A DNA stretch of 58,628 nucleotides from an uncultured Gammaproteobacteria bacterium (GTDB lineage: Bacteria; Patescibacteriota; Patescibacteriia; 2-12-FULL-60-25). The stretch covers positions 28,780 through 87,407 of the forward strand of contig CAZLPD010000001.1 in the NCBI GenBank assembly GCA_964561355.1. The letters are read 5' to 3'. Within the stretch, counting starts at the first letter, position 1. Every line of letters starts with the position of its first letter. A program made the translations under genes and the position numbers. Positions 56,296-58,628 of the stretch are shown in pieces. Below the pieces are notes generated by a model. The model searched no databases. It worked only from the letters and a program-made list of their open reading frames with translations, and was not told the DNA's origin.

Positions 56296-56787
56296 TCAGG
56301 TCGGTGGCGGCGTCTGCTGCTCGCGAGCGATGTAGGTGCAGGAGCCTCCCTCTTCTACCCGTACACGCTCGATCTCGAAACGGACGTATCGGTCGAGACG
56401 ATGCACAAGGACCCGGGCTGGATTCACGGCACAGGTGGCTACCCCCACATCTCGTGCCGGGGAGATCGTGATGAGGAAGTAGTACGGGGCACTGAATCCT
56501 CGCACGACGCGGTACGAGCAGACCGTAACGGGCTGATCGCTGCCTTCTTCGTGAACCTCACACTCCTCGTCGTTCCCGTGAGGATTGAGGAGCGTGATGT
56601 GTACTTCTCGGTTCGCGGGGACACCGAGGACGAAGATCTGGAGCGGGTGCGTGGGCATGCACACTCCGCTTGAGCACCCGGTGACGGACGAGTACTCGTC
56701 CTCGTGACCAGGGATCAAGATCTGGGCATGGCACGCCTCGATCAACGAAGACACGAGAAGCACCCGAAGCAAATTCTGCTTACGCAT
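56296..56787 (-). CDS. hypothetical secreted protein (GC-rich)
   Basis: The N-terminal signal-like segment is MRKQNLLRVLLVSSLIEACHA. 163 aa with several Cys. My hand count of 56341-56400 is 36/60 G+C. Confidence 0.5.
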   Translation of the reverse strand: MRKQNLLRVLLVSSLIEACHAQILIPGHEDEYSSVTGCSSGVCMPTHPLQIFVLGVPANREVHITLLNPHGNDEECEVHEEGSDQPVTVCSYRVVRGFSAPYYFLITISPARDVGVATCAVNPARVLVHRLDRYVRFEIERVRVEEGGSCTYIAREQQTPPPT

Positions 56788-56876
56788 TCAGAGACCTCCA
56801 ATCGTGCCCAAACCTTAAAGAAAAACCCTCAGACCGTCAAAGTTTTGTATGTAAATCACCCCGATCAGTGCCTCCC

Positions 56877-56904
56877 TTGCCAAAGGCCGAAAAAACCGTA
56901 TAAT
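56877..56904 (+). promoter_or_regulatory. sigma70-type promoter of tRNA-His
   Basis: TTGCCA (56877-56882), a 16-nt spacer, then TATAAT (56899-56904). The tRNA starts about 20 nt downstream. Confidence 0.65.
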
Positions 56905-56924
56905 AACCCCGCTTACTGCACCAT

Positions 56925-57000
56925 GGTGGCTATGGTGAAGAGGTTATCACAGCGGGTTGTGGTCCCGCTATCATGGGTTCGATTCCCATTAGCCACCCCA
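56925..57000 (+). tRNA. tRNA-His(GTG)
   Basis: G(-1)-GTGGCTA..GCGGG-TTGTGGT-CCCGC..ATGGG-TTCGATT-CCCAT-TAGCCAC-C-CCA. The extra 5' G paired with C73 is the His identity feature. Confidence 0.9.
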
Positions 57001-57001
57001 C

Positions 57002-57036
57002 AAAAATCGAATCAGAAATGGTTCGATTTTTGTTTT
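57002..57036 (+). terminator. intrinsic terminator after tRNA-His
   Basis: AAAAATCGAAtcagaaatggTTCGATTTTTgtttt. Confidence 0.7.
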
Positions 57037-57120
57037 GGGTTAGTGATTTCGTCGGTTCTAGCCAAGTGGTCATTTTTGATACCCCTACCGAGAGCTAGAA
57101 CTAGACTGTATGATTTTTAC

Positions 57121-57636
57121 ATGAAAAAAGATAATTGGATTAATCCCAAGGTAGAAATTCGCAACGCGGAAAGCGAAGGAAAAGGAATGTTCGCAAAGGT
57201 GTCGATTCAAACGGGAGAAGAGGTGATTAGATTTGGCGGTGAGTATACCAGTGATCCAAAAGAGGTTGAGACTGCTAGATCAGCTGAAAAACTCATTATG
57301 CAGTGGGATGAGGCTCTTTGGAGCATTGAAGATCGTGGAGATGGGGACGATTATTTTCTTAATCATTCCTGTGATGCGAATCTCTGGATGAAAGACGCAC
57401 ACACACTCATTGCGAAACGAGATATTCAGATCGGCGAAGAGCTGACAGCTGATTACGCAATCTGGGAGGCGGATGAGGCTTTTGTCTCAAAGTGGGAGTG
57501 CCGATGCGGCTCTATAAAGTGCAGAGGACGAGTAACGGGCACGGACTGGAGATTGCCGGAGTTACAGGAGCGATATAAAGATCATTTCACGCCTCTGCTG
57601 AACAAAAGAATCGCTAAACTAAAAGGTAATAGCTAG
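57121..57636 (+). CDS. SET-domain protein (putative protein-lysine methyltransferase)
   Basis: GKGMFAKVSIQTGEEV, FLNHSCDANL, IGEELTADY and the post-SET-like CRCGSIKCRG are present. The ORF-track start (56704) is rejected because it reads through tRNA-His. The ATG at 57121 follows a TATGAT -10-like box. Confidence 0.8.
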   Translation: MKKDNWINPKVEIRNAESEGKGMFAKVSIQTGEEVIRFGGEYTSDPKEVETARSAEKLIMQWDEALWSIEDRGDGDDYFLNHSCDANLWMKDAHTLIAKRDIQIGEELTADYAIWEADEAFVSKWECRCGSIKCRGRVTGTDWRLPELQERYKDHFTPLLNKRIAKLKGNS

Positions 57637-57644
57637 CCGTTTAG

Positions 57645-57748
57645 GTCAGGAATATAGATCATTGCATCGTTTATCTTTGCAAAAACAGTTCGCACTTCCT
57701 CCACGATGGCACCCCACGAAAATCCCTCGAGAAGTCGAGGGATTTTTG
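57645..57748 (+). repeat. copy A of a 3'-flank element of about 100 nt ending in an intrinsic terminator
   Basis: It starts GTCAGGAATA 8 nt after the SET stop. The core is CCTCCACGATGGCACCCCACGAAAA, followed by the terminator AAAATCCCTCGAgaagTCGAGGGATTTT (57719-57748). Confidence 0.6.
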
Positions 57749-57891
57749 TTATGTCTGAGATATTTTACGTAGTTCGAGCGAAGGTGATGGTTTGCATATC
57801 CCTGACGAGAGTTGGAACCGAGTGCTAAACTTCGATCATGGATAAAAAAGAGTTGAGATTGTATAGGGCGCAGCCATAGATCGATGAGCTT

Positions 57892-58509
57892 ATGAAAATT
57901 TTTCTAATCAGACACGGAGAAAGCACTTCCGACATCAGACAAAAGTACGAGGGTGATTACGATGATCATTTGACGGCGGTTGGACGAGAGGAGGCGAAGG
58001 TAGTTGCACAAAAGATTAGAGATAAAAATGTTCAAGTTATATTTTGTAGCGGTAAAATTCGCGCGAAGGAGACGTGTGATATCATGCGCCAAATACTCAA
58101 TTGTGAGATGCGCGTAGCCGATGATCTGAACGAACGGGATATCTACGGTGCATTTACCAAATTGAGCAAGAATCAACCAGAGGAAGAGTATCGTAGGCTC
58201 GGTGAGCTTCCGATGAATAAGGACGCTGTGATTGAGGGCGTTGAAACCTATGAAGACTTCAAAAGTCGCGTTACGGGTTGTTTCGATGAGATTGTCAGTA
58301 ATGGTTACGATGCAATTGCTGTCGTGACCCACGGTGGACCGATACGTTGCATATTTCGAGAGTTGGTAAAAATCAGTGAACTCAAAATAATTGGTAACGG
58401 AGCAATCATCGAACTGGAAAAGAATGGATCTGAGATGAGAATTGCAACCATCGATGGAGCCCAGTTGGAGAATCTGGTCGAAATTGATAAATTAAGTTCA
58501 CCTCTGTAA
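57892..58509 (+). CDS. histidine phosphatase family protein (phosphoglycerate mutase-like)
   Basis: MKIFLIRHGESTSD (RHG catalytic motif), the conserved HGG block (VVTHGGPIR), 205 aa. Confidence 0.85.
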   Translation: MKIFLIRHGESTSDIRQKYEGDYDDHLTAVGREEAKVVAQKIRDKNVQVIFCSGKIRAKETCDIMRQILNCEMRVADDLNERDIYGAFTKLSKNQPEEEYRRLGELPMNKDAVIEGVETYEDFKSRVTGCFDEIVSNGYDAIAVVTHGGPIRCIFRELVKISELKIIGNGAIIELEKNGSEMRIATIDGAQLENLVEIDKLSSPL

Positions 58510-58515
58510 TGAGTA

Positions 58516-58616
58516 GTCAGGAATAAAAGAACACGGTAGCAGATTCTCTACAGCAGTGCGGACAACCTCGACAATGTGACCCCACGCAAAAACCTTCCAT
58601 TTATGGAGGGTTTTTA
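58516..58616 (+). repeat. copy B of the 3'-flank element ending in an intrinsic terminator
   Basis: It starts GTCAGGAATA 6 nt after the stop. The core is CCTCGACAATGTGACCCCACGCAAAAA, followed by the hairpin AACCTTCCatttatGGAGGGTTttt (58588-58616). Confidence 0.6.
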
Positions 58617-58628
58617 CGTTACCAGAAC

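Noticed and set aside
56704-57120. N-terminal extension of the SET-domain ORF (ORF track 56704..57636)
   Set aside because: The extension reads straight through tRNA-His (56925-57000) and its terminator. The SET domain begins after the ATG at 57121.
57645-58616. The shared 3' elements as integron attC sites in a gene-cassette array
   Set aside because: I could not find R''/R' core sites (RYYYAAC / GTTRRRY) at the element ends. No intI integrase is visible. The palindromic part is better explained as an intrinsic terminator.

Overview
This is a gene-dense 58.6-kb chromosomal window. I support about 53 CDS, 6 tRNA genes and a set of intrinsic terminators, promoters and operators. All six tRNA genes encode their CCA end. 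rpmG (L33) is below the ORF-track size cut-off and was found by reading the sequence. The standard genetic code applies: TGA is used as a stop and conserved genes are uninterrupted.

Housekeeping content includes clpB, metG, ruvB, mreB, ppa, rsmI, tsaB, tatD, mutY-like, ribE and rpmG. The gene style looks like a small-genome Patescibacteria/CPR-like bacterium: a DUF4012 protein, a 131-aa TsaB, a wHTH regulator, a bacterial Elp3, and many S/T/P-rich exported proteins. That taxonomic call is inference only.

Main observations:
1. A very GC-rich single-gene island (38.4-39.8 kb) encodes an outer-membrane-type beta-barrel porin. It lies between tRNA-Thr/rpmG and tRNA-Leu.
2. A divergent Elp3 / Trm9-like methyltransferase pair gives a eukaryote/archaea-style mcm5U34 module.
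3. A tightly coupled operon runs Elp3, RimK-family ATP-grasp, RibD_C-type reductase, CofE-like ligase. It points to oligoglutamylation of a flavin/deazaflavin-type cofactor or of a translation component.
4. A terminator/antiterminator leader with a 33-codon uORF sits upstream of an MFS transporter.
5. A low-GC segment after tRNA-His carries a SET-domain gene and a histidine phosphatase gene. Each is followed by a related element of about 100 nt that ends in a terminator.
6. Several more high-GC3 genes (5.1, 15.5, 46.9-49.9 and 56.3 kb) encode exported or orphan proteins. One has a YraN/Hjc-like PD-(D/E)xK motif.
7. A stand-alone 52-aa membrane peptide gene has a consensus promoter, a long leader and stacked 3' hairpins.
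8. A CIRCE operator lies in front of clpB.
9. Two divergent giant beta-helix/SGNH exoproteins carry slippage-prone PT-linker repeats.

I saw no CRISPR array, rRNA gene, transposase or integrase. All family assignments come from reading motifs by eye, with no database search.
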